Shown here: in pieces, positions 36,872-45,651 of the stretch | Numbering within the stretch: position 1 is the stretch's first letter | How the letters are laid out: each line of letters starts with the position of its first letter | Assembly (NCBI GenBank): GCA_016190445.1 | Contig: JACPQL010000051.1 | Location: 38,505 to 102,504 of the forward strand | DNA: 64,000 bases | Direction of reading: 5' to 3' | DNA from: Chloroflexota bacterium | GTDB lineage: Bacteria > Chloroflexota > Dehalococcoidia > Lucifugimonadales > JACPQL01 | The notes under the pieces: model-generated | The model's input: only the letters and a program-made list of their open reading frames with translations | Told to the model about the DNA's origin: nothing | Databases searched by the model: none | Program-made: the position numbers and the translations under genes

Positions 36872-37441
36872 ATGGCAGTCCACGCTCCAGCCGAGGCGCG
36901 ACGCCATGTCAGCCGCCTCGCCATAAACCGGCTCGGGCTCTGGCTTTTCCTGCTCTCGGAGGGCTTCCTTTTCGCCGCCATCATCTCCAGCCGCTACTAC
37001 CTCCAGGGGCTCAACCGGCCCGAAACGCTGAACCAGGTGCTGGGCCTGGGCATCACCATCGTTCTCATCGCCAGCAGCCTCAGTGCCTACCGTGCTGAGA
37101 CCTCCGCCGCCCACGGCGACCAAAAGGGCTTCTCAAGGAATACTCTTGCCACCATCATCTTTGGTGCCCTCTTTCTGGTGGGGGTCAGCATAGAGTGGAG
37201 AGAGGCATTCCACCAGTTTCCCCCCTACACAGGCTTCGGCACCATCTTCTTCACCATGACCGGCATACACGCCTTCCACGTCCTCACCGGCCTTCTTGCC
37301 CTGGGAGTGGTCTTCTTCCTGGGCCGCGATGGCCGCTTCACCAAAGGCGCCTCCTGGGGTGTGGAGGGTACCGTCAAGTACTGGCACTTCGTGGACGTGG
37401 CCTGGGTGTTCATCTACCCCACGCTCTACCTGGTGAACTAG
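36872..37441 (+). CDS. coxC: Cytochrome c oxidase subunit III
   Basis: FFTMTGIHAFHVLTGLLAL and YWHFVDVAWVFIYPTLYLV are subunit III signatures. 189 aa. Confidence 0.85.
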   Translation: MAVHAPAEARRHVSRLAINRLGLWLFLLSEGFLFAAIISSRYYLQGLNRPETLNQVLGLGITIVLIASSLSAYRAETSAAHGDQKGFSRNTLATIIFGALFLVGVSIEWREAFHQFPPYTGFGTIFFTMTGIHAFHVLTGLLALGVVFFLGRDGRFTKGASWGVEGTVKYWHFVDVAWVFIYPTLYLVN

Positions 37442-37473
37442 AAGCTATTCGGAAAACCCTCACCCCCTTTGGT

Positions 37474-37531
37474 CCCCCTCTCCCTTGCCAAGGGAGAGGG
37501 GGAGAAGAGTGAATCTGGGGGACACCCCCAG
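37474..37531. repeat. REP-like GC-rich hairpin pair downstream of the cox operon
   Basis: A 13-bp stem ccccctctccctt-gcc-aagggagaggggg (37474..37502) and a 7-bp stem ctggggg-aca-cccccag (37515..37531). An outer inverted 8-mer pair ttcggaaa (37448) / tttccgaa (37578) brackets them. Confidence 0.7.
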
Positions 37532-37681
37532 ACCCCCGCCAGAGAGGGCACCCCCCCTGGACTCCCCCGAAAGGGCATTTCCGAACAGCCGAAAGTTGGC
37601 AAAAGGCCGCAATGCTGCTACCCTACTGGCGCCGGGGCGCAGACCCCCGAGCGGGCGATGGCATTGAGAGGAGGAGCCCAC

Positions 37682-38491
37682 ATGCGGGAGAACAGGGTCA
37701 AGGCCAGAATGAAGCAGGGGAAGCTTTCCATTGGCATGCACGCCGGCTTCGCAGACCCCGCCATAGTAGAGATCATCGGGCTGGCTGGTTTCGACGCTGC
37801 CTTCATTGACATGGAGCACGGACCACTGGACCTCGGCTTGGTGGAGGAGATGGGCCGTGCCGCCGACCTGGTCGGCATAGTCTCTCTTGTCCGAGTCCCA
37901 GACAACAACCCCAAGACCATCCTGCGCCTCCTGGACGCGGGCATCCAGGGCATCTATGTACCCCACATCCGCAACCGGGAGGACGCGGTGGCAGCGGTGA
38001 ACGCCGCTCGCTACGCCCCATTGGGCGAGCGCGGTATGCACGCTGTAACCAGGGCCAGCAGCTACGGCTCCGTGCCCGTGGAGAAACACATCGCTTCCTC
38101 CAACGAGCAGGTACTCCTGGCAGTGATGGTGGAGGACAAGGAGGCGCTGGAGGAGATCGAAGGGATCGGCTCCGTGGACGGCGTGGACCTGGTGGCCGTG
38201 GGGCCCTCGGACCTCTCCCAGGCCCTGGGCGTCACGGACCCCACCGACCCACGCCTCCGCAGCGCGGTGGAGCGCATAGCCAGCACCCTCAAGCGAATAG
38301 GCAAGGCCCGCCTGGCCTTCCCCCTGGGCCATCCTGCCTTCCCCAAGGGCCCCAGCGAACTCCAAGCCATGGGCGTCGCCTACTCCAACTGCAACCCTCA
38401 CCCTTACAAACGCATACTGGACTCGATGCGGGAGCAGGTGGACAAGATCCGCTCCCAGCTCGGGGAGCGGCCCGCTAGCACCAGGGCGTAG
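37682..38491 (+). CDS. HpcH/HpaI-family class II aldolase (2-keto-3-deoxy-acid / 4-hydroxy-2-oxo-acid aldolase type)
   Basis: ATG 37682 has an AGGAGGAG upstream. KLSIGMHAGFADPAIVEIIGLAGFDAAFIDMEHGPLD and RVPDNNPKTILRLLDAGIQGIYVPHI match the HpaI/RhmA-type TIM barrel. 269 aa. Confidence 0.85.
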   Translation: MRENRVKARMKQGKLSIGMHAGFADPAIVEIIGLAGFDAAFIDMEHGPLDLGLVEEMGRAADLVGIVSLVRVPDNNPKTILRLLDAGIQGIYVPHIRNREDAVAAVNAARYAPLGERGMHAVTRASSYGSVPVEKHIASSNEQVLLAVMVEDKEALEEIEGIGSVDGVDLVAVGPSDLSQALGVTDPTDPRLRSAVERIASTLKRIGKARLAFPLGHPAFPKGPSELQAMGVAYSNCNPHPYKRILDSMREQVDKIRSQLGERPASTRA

Positions 38492-38530
38492 GGCCCTCCG
38501 AAGCCAAGGCGTGAAGGGAGGAGGCCAACT

Positions 38531-39508
38531 GTGCCGGACTACAAGGTGGCATTCCTGACCATGTTCCCCGCCGAAACGGCGCGGCTCATCATAGAGCCGG
38601 TGCCATCGGGGTTCCAAGTCACTACTGAACACACCTCGGCGCCAGAGGCGCGGAAGATAGAGATACTGAAGGACGCCGACTTCGTGATACTGTTCGGTGA
38701 GCGCCCCACCGACGCCATGCTGAAGGCGTGCCACAAGGCCCGCATGGTGCAGTTGCTAAGCGCGGGCTTCGACGCAGTGAACGTGGGCCTGCTGGGTGAG
38801 ATGGGCATCCCTGTAGCCAACGTTGGGGGTGTTAACCGCATCGCCGTGGCCGAGCACGCGGTGACGCTGATGCTGTCGGTCCTGCGGAAGCTGCCGCAGC
38901 GGATAGAGGCGGTGAAAACGGGCAACTGGCGCGCCGACGTCTCGGGGCTGGACACCTTTGAGCTGTACAACAAGCAGGTGGGCATAGTGGGGCTGGGGAA
39001 GATAGGGAGCTGGGTGGCCGGCATTCTCAAGGGCTTCCAGACCCACGTCGTATACCACGATATCCGAGACATACCCAAGAAAGAGGAACAGGAGCTAGAG
39101 GTGACCCGCGTGCCCTTTGAGGATCTGCTACGCACCTCGGACATCGTGACGCTGCATGTGCCCCTGGACAACACCACCCGGGACATGATTTCCACGCGGG
39201 AACTGGCGATGATGAAGCCCACCGCCGTCCTCGTCAACACGTGCCGTGGCCCGGTGGTGGACGAGCCCGCCCTCTATCAAGCCCTGAAAGACCGTCGCAT
39301 CTGGGCGGCTGGACTGGACGTGCTGGTGAAGGAGCCGCCAGACATGAGCAACCCCATCCTCACCCTGGACAACGCGATTATCACCCCTCACGCGGCAGGG
39401 TCCGCGCGCGACAACATGCCACGCCGAGGCAAGTTTGCCTTCCAGAACTTCCAGAGGCTCCTCAGCGGCCAGGAGCCTCTTTCCCTGGTCACGCCCACCG
39501 CAAAGTAA
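38531..39508 (+). CDS. D-isomer-specific 2-hydroxyacid dehydrogenase (NAD-binding)
   Basis: GTG start preceded by GGAGGAGG. VGIVGLGKIGSWVA (GxGxxG), LVNTCRGPVVDEPAL and ITPHAAGS are family hallmarks. 325 aa. Confidence 0.9.
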   Translation: MPDYKVAFLTMFPAETARLIIEPVPSGFQVTTEHTSAPEARKIEILKDADFVILFGERPTDAMLKACHKARMVQLLSAGFDAVNVGLLGEMGIPVANVGGVNRIAVAEHAVTLMLSVLRKLPQRIEAVKTGNWRADVSGLDTFELYNKQVGIVGLGKIGSWVAGILKGFQTHVVYHDIRDIPKKEEQELEVTRVPFEDLLRTSDIVTLHVPLDNTTRDMISTRELAMMKPTAVLVNTCRGPVVDEPALYQALKDRRIWAAGLDVLVKEPPDMSNPILTLDNAIITPHAAGSARDNMPRRGKFAFQNFQRLLSGQEPLSLVTPTAK

Positions 39509-39533
39509 GCGCTCATCCCCCACCCCTTACCCC

Positions 39534-39567
39534 GGGCCCAGGCAGGACAACTGCCTGGGCCCTTTGT
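39534..39567 (+). terminator. Rho-independent-type terminator after the dehydrogenase gene
   Basis: A perfect 12-bp stem gggcccaggcag-gacaa-ctgcctgggccc is followed by tttgt. Confidence 0.7.
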
Positions 39568-39650
39568 CTGCCTCTCCCGCCAGTGGCCGACAACAACCTT
39601 TTCGCGATGCTTCGCCCTTCCGTTTGCGATAAGATTCACAAGCAGGGGTC

Positions 39651-39680
39651 TTGACAACGCCGTCGGTGACATCCAAAATT
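39651..39680 (+). promoter_or_regulatory. Candidate sigma70-like promoter for SBP copy 1
   Basis: TTGACA (39651..39656) is followed after 17-18 nt by CAAAAT/AAAATT. This leaves a leader of about 200 nt before ATG 39883. The -10 box is weak. Confidence 0.4.
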
Positions 39681-39882
39681 ACCCCATTCTGGGTTCAGCC
39701 AACCATACAGGCTCTCCGCCTTTGGCCTGGCAAACCGAACGTGCAGTCTACAATTGGTGCGCTTTCCCCGCCCACGCAGGCGCATGTTATAGGGTTCTCG
39801 CAACCACAGGCTGCGAGACGCCCACCGAGGGGATGAGGCCCAGCGGCCGGAAGGGGCCATGGATGGGAGGAGGAGAAAACCG

Positions 39883-41673
39883 ATGAAGGCAAACACCTGG
39901 ATTCGCCCCAGAGCCCTCTTGGTACTGGCAGGGCTGCTTGCGCTCCTGGCACTGCTGGGCGCCTGCGCCGGCGCCGAGCCCACCGCCACACCCACCTCCA
40001 CGCCGACACCGACCACGGCTGTGGGGCCCGCGCCTACCCCTACCCCTAAGCCCTCCCCCACGCCTACGCCTACGCCCCGAGTGGTGATGGTGGCCACGCC
40101 CACACCCACCGCCACGCCGGGCGCCGTCCAGCCCACCGTCCGGACCCCCAAGGGCAGCATCACCGTGGCTAGCGGCCCACTATCACAATACACTCACTCA
40201 CCGGACCGGCGTTTCAGCGTATCCGCCGACTCCTTCTTCCAGGGCATCGCCTTCGAGTGGCTGGTGGGGGTGACCCCGGAGCACGAGATTGTCACGATGC
40301 TGGCAGAGAGCTGGGAGACCCCGGACAACGGCCACACCTGGGTCTTCAAGCTGCGCAAGGGGGTCAAGTTCCACAACGGCAAGGAGATGACCGCCGAGGA
40401 CGTGGTCGCCAGCCATAACAGCGCCCAGCAGGTGGGCACAAGTAGCTACTCTGGATGGGCCAAGGAGAACCTGAACCCGTGGGAGGGGGTGGACAAGTAC
40501 ACCGTCCGCACATCTCTCAAAGAGGAGGGGCGTCGCCTCTTTGTACCCGCCTATCTTGCCCGCTCCTCCTGGTTCGCCCAGATCATGTCCCCCAAGGAGA
40601 TGTTCGACAAGTACCCCGACAAGCCTTGGCCCGTGGCTGACGCCATTGGCACCGGCCCCTACCGCCTGGTGGAGCTGGTCCGCGGCGAGAAGATGCGCGG
40701 CGTCGCCCTGGACCCCAAGTCTGACTGGGCCCACTGGCGCGTCGTCCCTGCCTTCAAGGAGATTACCCTCCGCCCAGTGAAAGAGGACGGCACCCGCATC
40801 GCCATGCTGAAGACCGGTGCCGCCGACCTCATTGACGTTCCCACCGCCCTCAAGAAAGAGGTGACCAACTTCACCAACGTCAGCGCCAAACACGGCGCCA
40901 CGGCGGGCATGGCAAACATGGAGGGCTTGGACCACGAACTCAGCAAGTGGTGGAAGGTCAAGGAGTTCCGCATGGCCCTCAATCTGGCCATTGACCGCCA
41001 GGAGATCGCCGACTTCCTCTTCAATGGCGAGGCCGAGCCCATTGCCGCCATGCACTTCTCCCCAGGAGCCGAGGGATTTGACCCGAGCCTGAAGCCCTAC
41101 CCCTACGACCCGGCCAAGGCCCGTCAACTTCTAAAGGACATCAACTTCGACTTCAACCACACCTTCAACGTCTGGCTCCGTGGCATGGGAGGTGTGCCCG
41201 AACTCCAGGCCCTGGGGGAGGCTATTGCGGCAAAGTGGGAGCGTGAGCTCGGTCTCAAGACCAAGCTCATCCCCACCGACGCCACGGTCAGCCAGAACGC
41301 TATGCGCGCCCATGATCCCACCATCGTGGGCCACTTCATCACCTTCCGCTCCACCAACTTCCCAGACCTGTCCGTGCCCATCACCACCTTCTCCTCCGAC
41401 CCAGAGCTAAGGGGGCAGCACCAGATCATCCCCTGGCACGGGAAGGCGGCCACCCACGACACGCTGGTGGCACTCGCGGGGGCGGCGGACCCAAAGGAGC
41501 GAGCCCGCCTGGCCGGGGAGATACAGCGCTATCTGTACGAGAACTACGTCCACGTCCAGGGATGGTCGGTCCACGTGCTGTACGCCTTCAACCCCAAGAC
41601 CATCAAAGAGTTCAAGCCCCTACAGGGCTCCACCTACCTCAACTTCCTGGAGTACCTGGAGCCGCCAAGCTAA
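39883..41673 (+). CDS. ABC transporter substrate-binding lipoprotein, family 5 (DppA/OppA type), array copy 1 (class A)
   Basis: ATG 39883 follows GGGAGGAGGAG. Lipobox-like LLALLGAC is followed by a PT-rich tether. Signature FKLRKGVKFHNGKEMTAEDV. Class A motif SPDRRFSVSADSFFQG. 596 aa. Confidence 0.9.
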   Translation: MKANTWIRPRALLVLAGLLALLALLGACAGAEPTATPTSTPTPTTAVGPAPTPTPKPSPTPTPTPRVVMVATPTPTATPGAVQPTVRTPKGSITVASGPLSQYTHSPDRRFSVSADSFFQGIAFEWLVGVTPEHEIVTMLAESWETPDNGHTWVFKLRKGVKFHNGKEMTAEDVVASHNSAQQVGTSSYSGWAKENLNPWEGVDKYTVRTSLKEEGRRLFVPAYLARSSWFAQIMSPKEMFDKYPDKPWPVADAIGTGPYRLVELVRGEKMRGVALDPKSDWAHWRVVPAFKEITLRPVKEDGTRIAMLKTGAADLIDVPTALKKEVTNFTNVSAKHGATAGMANMEGLDHELSKWWKVKEFRMALNLAIDRQEIADFLFNGEAEPIAAMHFSPGAEGFDPSLKPYPYDPAKARQLLKDINFDFNHTFNVWLRGMGGVPELQALGEAIAAKWERELGLKTKLIPTDATVSQNAMRAHDPTIVGHFITFRSTNFPDLSVPITTFSSDPELRGQHQIIPWHGKAATHDTLVALAGAADPKERARLAGEIQRYLYENYVHVQGWSVHVLYAFNPKTIKEFKPLQGSTYLNFLEYLEPPS

Positions 41674-41753
41674 CAACTGCCGCTGGTCCCCCAGTTGAAG
41701 GACCAGCACACGGAAGCTGCCTCGGTCAAGCTGGAACAGGAGGTAACCGGACA
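41674..41753 (+). repeat. Conserved short inter-SBP spacer (type 1 of 3 copies)
   Basis: It shares gaaggaccagcacacg...ggaacaggaggtaac(c/t)ggacaATGaaagcgag with 43545..43622 and 47446..47523. It contains the RBS and shows no terminator hairpin. Confidence 0.8.
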
Positions 41754-43544
41754 ATGAAAGCGAGAGCCAGGGGTCATTTTAGAATACTTTGGGGTCTGGC
41801 CGGAGCGCTGGCCGTCCTGGCACTGCTGGGCGCCTGCGCCGGCGCCGAGCCCACCGCCACGCCCACCTCCACTCCGACACCGACCACGGCTGTAGGACCC
41901 GCTCCAACGCCAACCCCCAGGCCCTCACCCACGCCAACGCCGACAACCCGCGTGGTGATGATCGCGACGCCCACCCCCACCCCCACGCCGGGCGCAGTGC
42001 AACCCACCACCAGGACACCCAGGGGCAGCATCACCGTGGCCAGTGGGCCCCTGGCTGCCTACCCCCACTCGCCAGACTATCGCTTCGGGACCTCGGGGGA
42101 TGCCTTCTTCCTGCATCTGGCCTTCGAGTGGCTGGTGGGGGTCACCCCTGAGCACCAGCTTGTACCCATGCTGGCGGAGAGCTGGGAGAGCCCAGATGGT
42201 GGCCACACCTGGGTCTTCAAGCTGCGCAAGGGGGTCAAGTTCCACAATGGCAAGGAGATGACCGCAGAGGACGTGGCCACCAGCTATAACAGCACCAGGA
42301 AGAGTGGCACCAGCACCAGTGCTGGGTGGGCGCGGGCGAACCTTACTGACTTTGTCGTCGTGGACAAGTACACCGTCCGCACTACCATGGCACGGGAAGG
42401 TCAAAAGCTCTTCCTGCCCGCCTATCTCGGGCGCTCCTCCTGGTACGCTCAGCCGATTTCCCCCAAGGAGATGTTCGACAAGTACCCCGACAAGCCCTGG
42501 CCCGCCTCTGACGCCATCGGCACCGCCCCCTATCGCCTGGCGGAGGTGGTGAGAGGCGAGAAGATGCGCGGCGTGGCCCTGGACCCCAAGACAGATTGGG
42601 CCCACTGGCGCATTGTCCCCGCCTTTAAGGAGGTCACCGTCCGCCCGGTGAAAGAGGATGGCACCCGAATCGCCATGCTGAAGACCGGCGCCGCAGACCT
42701 CATTGACGTGCCCACCGCCCTCAAGGGCGAGCTGGCGGCCTTTGCCAAAGCCTCCGCTAAGAACGGGGCCACCGCGGGCCTGGCCAACATCATGGGCATG
42801 GACCACCCCCTCAGCAAGTGGTGGCAGGTCAAAGAAGTGCGAATGGCGCTCAACATGGCCATTGACCGCCAGGAGATTGCCGACTTCCTGTTCAATGGAG
42901 AGGCGGAGCCCATCGCGGCCCTGCACTTCGGCCCCGGCACTGAGGGGTTCGACCCTAATCTCAAGCCCACCGCGTACGACCCGGTCAAGGCACGCCAGCT
43001 CCTCAAGGACGCAGGCTACGACATGAACTTCGTGTGGAATATCTGGCTCCGAAGCATGGCCGGGGTGCCGGAGCTTCAGGCCCTGGGTGAGGCCATCGCC
43101 GCCAAATGGGAAAAGGAGCTGGGCATCAAGACCAAGCTCATCCCCACCGACTCCACCGTCAGCGATAGAGCTATGCGTGACCACGATCCGGCCATCGTGG
43201 GCCACTTCCTGACCCGGCGCTCCACCAACTTCCCGGACGTCTCCCTGCCCATCAACACCTTCTCCGTCTCAACCGTCGTGAGAGGCAGCCATAGCATCGT
43301 CCCGTGGCATGAGGCAGGCCCCACAGACAAGCTTTACCTCGATCTGTCGGCTGCCGCCGACCCCAAGGAACGGGCCCGCATAGCCGGGCAGATACAGCGC
43401 TACCTGCACGACGAGTATGTCCACGTGGACGCCTGGTCGGTGAATGTGCTCTATGCCTATAACCCCAAGACCATAGGCAAGTGGACGCCCCTCCAGGGCT
43501 CTACCTATCTGCACTTCCTGGAGTACGCCGAGCCGCCAAGCTAA
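41754..43544 (+). CDS. Family-5 SBP lipoprotein, array copy 2 (class B)
   Basis: ATG 41754 (MKARARGHFRILWGLAGALAVLALLGAC). PT tether. SPDYRFGTSGDAFFLH. FKLRKGVKFHNGKEMTAEDV. 596 aa. Confidence 0.9.
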   Translation: MKARARGHFRILWGLAGALAVLALLGACAGAEPTATPTSTPTPTTAVGPAPTPTPRPSPTPTPTTRVVMIATPTPTPTPGAVQPTTRTPRGSITVASGPLAAYPHSPDYRFGTSGDAFFLHLAFEWLVGVTPEHQLVPMLAESWESPDGGHTWVFKLRKGVKFHNGKEMTAEDVATSYNSTRKSGTSTSAGWARANLTDFVVVDKYTVRTTMAREGQKLFLPAYLGRSSWYAQPISPKEMFDKYPDKPWPASDAIGTAPYRLAEVVRGEKMRGVALDPKTDWAHWRIVPAFKEVTVRPVKEDGTRIAMLKTGAADLIDVPTALKGELAAFAKASAKNGATAGLANIMGMDHPLSKWWQVKEVRMALNMAIDRQEIADFLFNGEAEPIAALHFGPGTEGFDPNLKPTAYDPVKARQLLKDAGYDMNFVWNIWLRSMAGVPELQALGEAIAAKWEKELGIKTKLIPTDSTVSDRAMRDHDPAIVGHFLTRRSTNFPDVSLPINTFSVSTVVRGSHSIVPWHEAGPTDKLYLDLSAAADPKERARIAGQIQRYLHDEYVHVDAWSVNVLYAYNPKTIGKWTPLQGSTYLHFLEYAEPPS

Positions 43545-43622
43545 CAACCGCCTGACCCTTTCGCCGAAGGACCAGCACACGCACGCTGCCTCGGGCAAGC
43601 TGGAACAGGAGGTAACTGGACA
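43545..43622 (+). repeat. Conserved short inter-SBP spacer (copy 2)
   Basis: Nearly identical to 47446..47523, and related to 41674..41753. Confidence 0.8.
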
Positions 43623-45413
43623 ATGAAAGCGAGCGACAGGGTCCACCTAAGAGTCCTTTTCGGCCTGGCCGGGCTGCTTGTGCTCCTGGCGCTTCTGGGC
43701 GCCTGCGCCGGCGCCGAGCCCACGCCGACGCCAACCCCCACGCCCACCCTGGCGCCGGGCGCACCCACGCCGGCGCCTACGCCCAGGCCTTCTCCTACCC
43801 CTACTCCAACGCCCCGAGTGGTGATGGTGGCCACGCCGACCCCCACGGCCACGCCAGGCGCGGTGAAGCCCAGCGTCCGGGAGCCCAAGGGCAGCATCAC
43901 CATAGCCAACGGAAGCTTTGTGAGCGCCGCCCATTCCCCAGACCGGCGGTTCAGCTCCTCAGCCTCCGACTACTTCTACCAGCAGTTGGCCTTTGAGTGG
44001 CTGGTGGACGTCAACCCGGAGCACCAGAATTTCTCCATGCTGGCGGAGAGCTGGGAGACGCCAGACCAGGGCCACACTTGGATATTCAAGCTCCGCAAGG
44101 GGATCAAGTTCCACAACGGCAAGGAGATGACCGCCGAGGACGTGGCCGCCAGCTACATCAGCAACCAGAAGGTGGGCCAGGGGAGCGGCGCCGACTGGCA
44201 AAGGGCGAACGTCGGACTGGTAGAGTCAGTGGACAGGTACACGGTGCGCTTCGTCCTGAAGCCCGAGGACCGCCGGGCGTTCCTGCCGCCCTACCTTGGC
44301 CGCTCCTCCTGGTTCTCCCAGGTCATCTCCCCCAAGGAGATGTTCGACAAGTACCCAGACAGGCCGTGGCCCGCTCAGGACGCCATAGGCACGGGCCCCT
44401 TCCGCCTGGTGGAGGTGGTGAGGGGTGAGAAGATGCGCGGCGTGGCCCTGGACCCCAAGACCGACTGGACCCACTGGCGAATCGTCCCCGCCTTCAAGGA
44501 GGTAATCGTACGCCCAGTCAAGGAGGACGGCACCCGCATCGCCATGTTGAAGACGGGAGCCGCTGACCTCATTGACGTGCCCACTGCCCTCAAGAAGGAG
44601 GTGGCTGCCTACCGCCTTGTCCGCTCCAAGCATGGTTCCACCGCTGGCCTGGCCAACTTCATGGGCATGGACCACCCACTGAGCAAGTGGTGGAGCAAGA
44701 AAGAGGTCCGCATGGCCCTCAATCTGGCCATTGACCGACAGGAGATCGCCGACCACATCTTTGGAGGCGAGGCCGACGTCATAGCGGCCACCCACTTCTA
44801 CCCAGGGGTGGAGGGGTTCGACCCGGACCTCAAGCCCTATCCCTACGACCCGGCCAGGGCACGCCAGCTCCTCAAAGACGCGGGCTACGACTTCAACAAC
44901 GTGTTCAACGTCTGGCTTTACGCTGCTAGCGGCGTGCCAGAACTCCCCGACCTGGGTGTAGCCATCGCCGCCATGTGGGAAAAGGAGCTAGGGGTGAAGA
45001 CCAAGCTCATCCCCACCGACTCTCCCACATTCACCAACATGGGGAAAGTCCACGACCCCTCTGTCGTGGGCCACTTCTGGACCCGCCGCTCCAGTAGCTT
45101 CCCGGACCTCACGGTGCCCGTCTCCACCTTCTCCGTCTCGCCAAAGATGCGAGGCGACCACCGCAACATCCCGTGGCACTTTGAGTCACCCACCGATGCG
45201 CTTGTAGTGGCCTTGCAGGCGGAGGCAGACCCCAAGGAGCGCGAGCGGCTCGCCAGACAGCTACAACGCATACTCTACGAGGACTACGTCCATATTCAGG
45301 GTTGGTCGGTGCCCGTGCTCTACGCCTTCAATCCGAAGACCATCAAGGAGTACGAGCCACTCAACGGCTCCACCTACCTGAACTTCCTGGAGAACCTGGA
45401 GCCGCCAGGCTAG
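43623..45413 (+). CDS. Family-5 SBP lipoprotein, array copy 3 (class C)
   Basis: MKASDRVHLRVLFGLAGLLVLLALLGAC. PT tether. SPDRRFSSSASDYFYQQLAFEWLVDVNP. IFKLRKGIKFHNGKEMTAEDV. 596 aa. Confidence 0.9.
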   Translation: MKASDRVHLRVLFGLAGLLVLLALLGACAGAEPTPTPTPTPTLAPGAPTPAPTPRPSPTPTPTPRVVMVATPTPTATPGAVKPSVREPKGSITIANGSFVSAAHSPDRRFSSSASDYFYQQLAFEWLVDVNPEHQNFSMLAESWETPDQGHTWIFKLRKGIKFHNGKEMTAEDVAASYISNQKVGQGSGADWQRANVGLVESVDRYTVRFVLKPEDRRAFLPPYLGRSSWFSQVISPKEMFDKYPDRPWPAQDAIGTGPFRLVEVVRGEKMRGVALDPKTDWTHWRIVPAFKEVIVRPVKEDGTRIAMLKTGAADLIDVPTALKKEVAAYRLVRSKHGSTAGLANFMGMDHPLSKWWSKKEVRMALNLAIDRQEIADHIFGGEADVIAATHFYPGVEGFDPDLKPYPYDPARARQLLKDAGYDFNNVFNVWLYAASGVPELPDLGVAIAAMWEKELGVKTKLIPTDSPTFTNMGKVHDPSVVGHFWTRRSSSFPDLTVPVSTFSVSPKMRGDHRNIPWHFESPTDALVVALQAEADPKERERLARQLQRILYEDYVHIQGWSVPVLYAFNPKTIKEYEPLNGSTYLNFLENLEPPG

Positions 45414-45434
45414 GACAGCCATGGCCACCATCCC

Positions 45435-45468
45435 AGGTCCCGCCCCGGGGGACATCGGGGCGGGACCT
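45435..45468 (+). terminator. Hairpin terminator candidate after SBP copy 3
   Basis: A 13-bp stem aggtcccgccccg (45435..45447) pairs with cggggcgggacct (45456..45468) across an 8-nt loop. The downstream T-tract is weak. Confidence 0.55.
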
Positions 45469-45482
45469 GTTATCCCTACCAG

Positions 45483-45512
45483 TTGACAATGATGACATAG
45501 GTCAGCTAGACT
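45483..45512 (+). promoter_or_regulatory. Sigma70-like promoter for SBP copy 4
   Basis: TTGACA (45483..45488), 18 nt, TAGACT (45507..45512). The leader is about 135 nt. Confidence 0.55.
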
Positions 45513-45651
45513 CGTCGCACCACGCGCCAGAGTGGGCCTTTGAGTCCGCATGTGTGCGCTTGCGGGACGAATTTCGTAGCGCCTGTATCCCTCCCGGCAC
45601 CTAGCCCAGGGGAGGGAGTGACCGGGGTTGTCCCCCAGGAGGAGGTAGGCA

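Noticed and set aside
39687-39882. Riboswitch in the ~200-nt leader of SBP copy 1
   Set aside because: It contains hairpins (for example tctcgca...tgcgaga), but I could not match any known riboswitch consensus by eye. The -10 box of the proposed promoter is weak, so even the leader length is uncertain. I leave it as an untested possibility only.
39636-40193. GVGVGVGV-type ORFs at the 5' ends of the SBP genes and in the giant gene (39636-40193, 41774-42034, 43541-43909, 45261-45956, 47442-47858, 49515-49829, 51281-51862, 57596-58150, 8381-9070)
   Set aside because: They are the reverse-complement reading of the Pro/Thr-coding tethers (ACNCCN read as GGNGTN). They are not independent genes.
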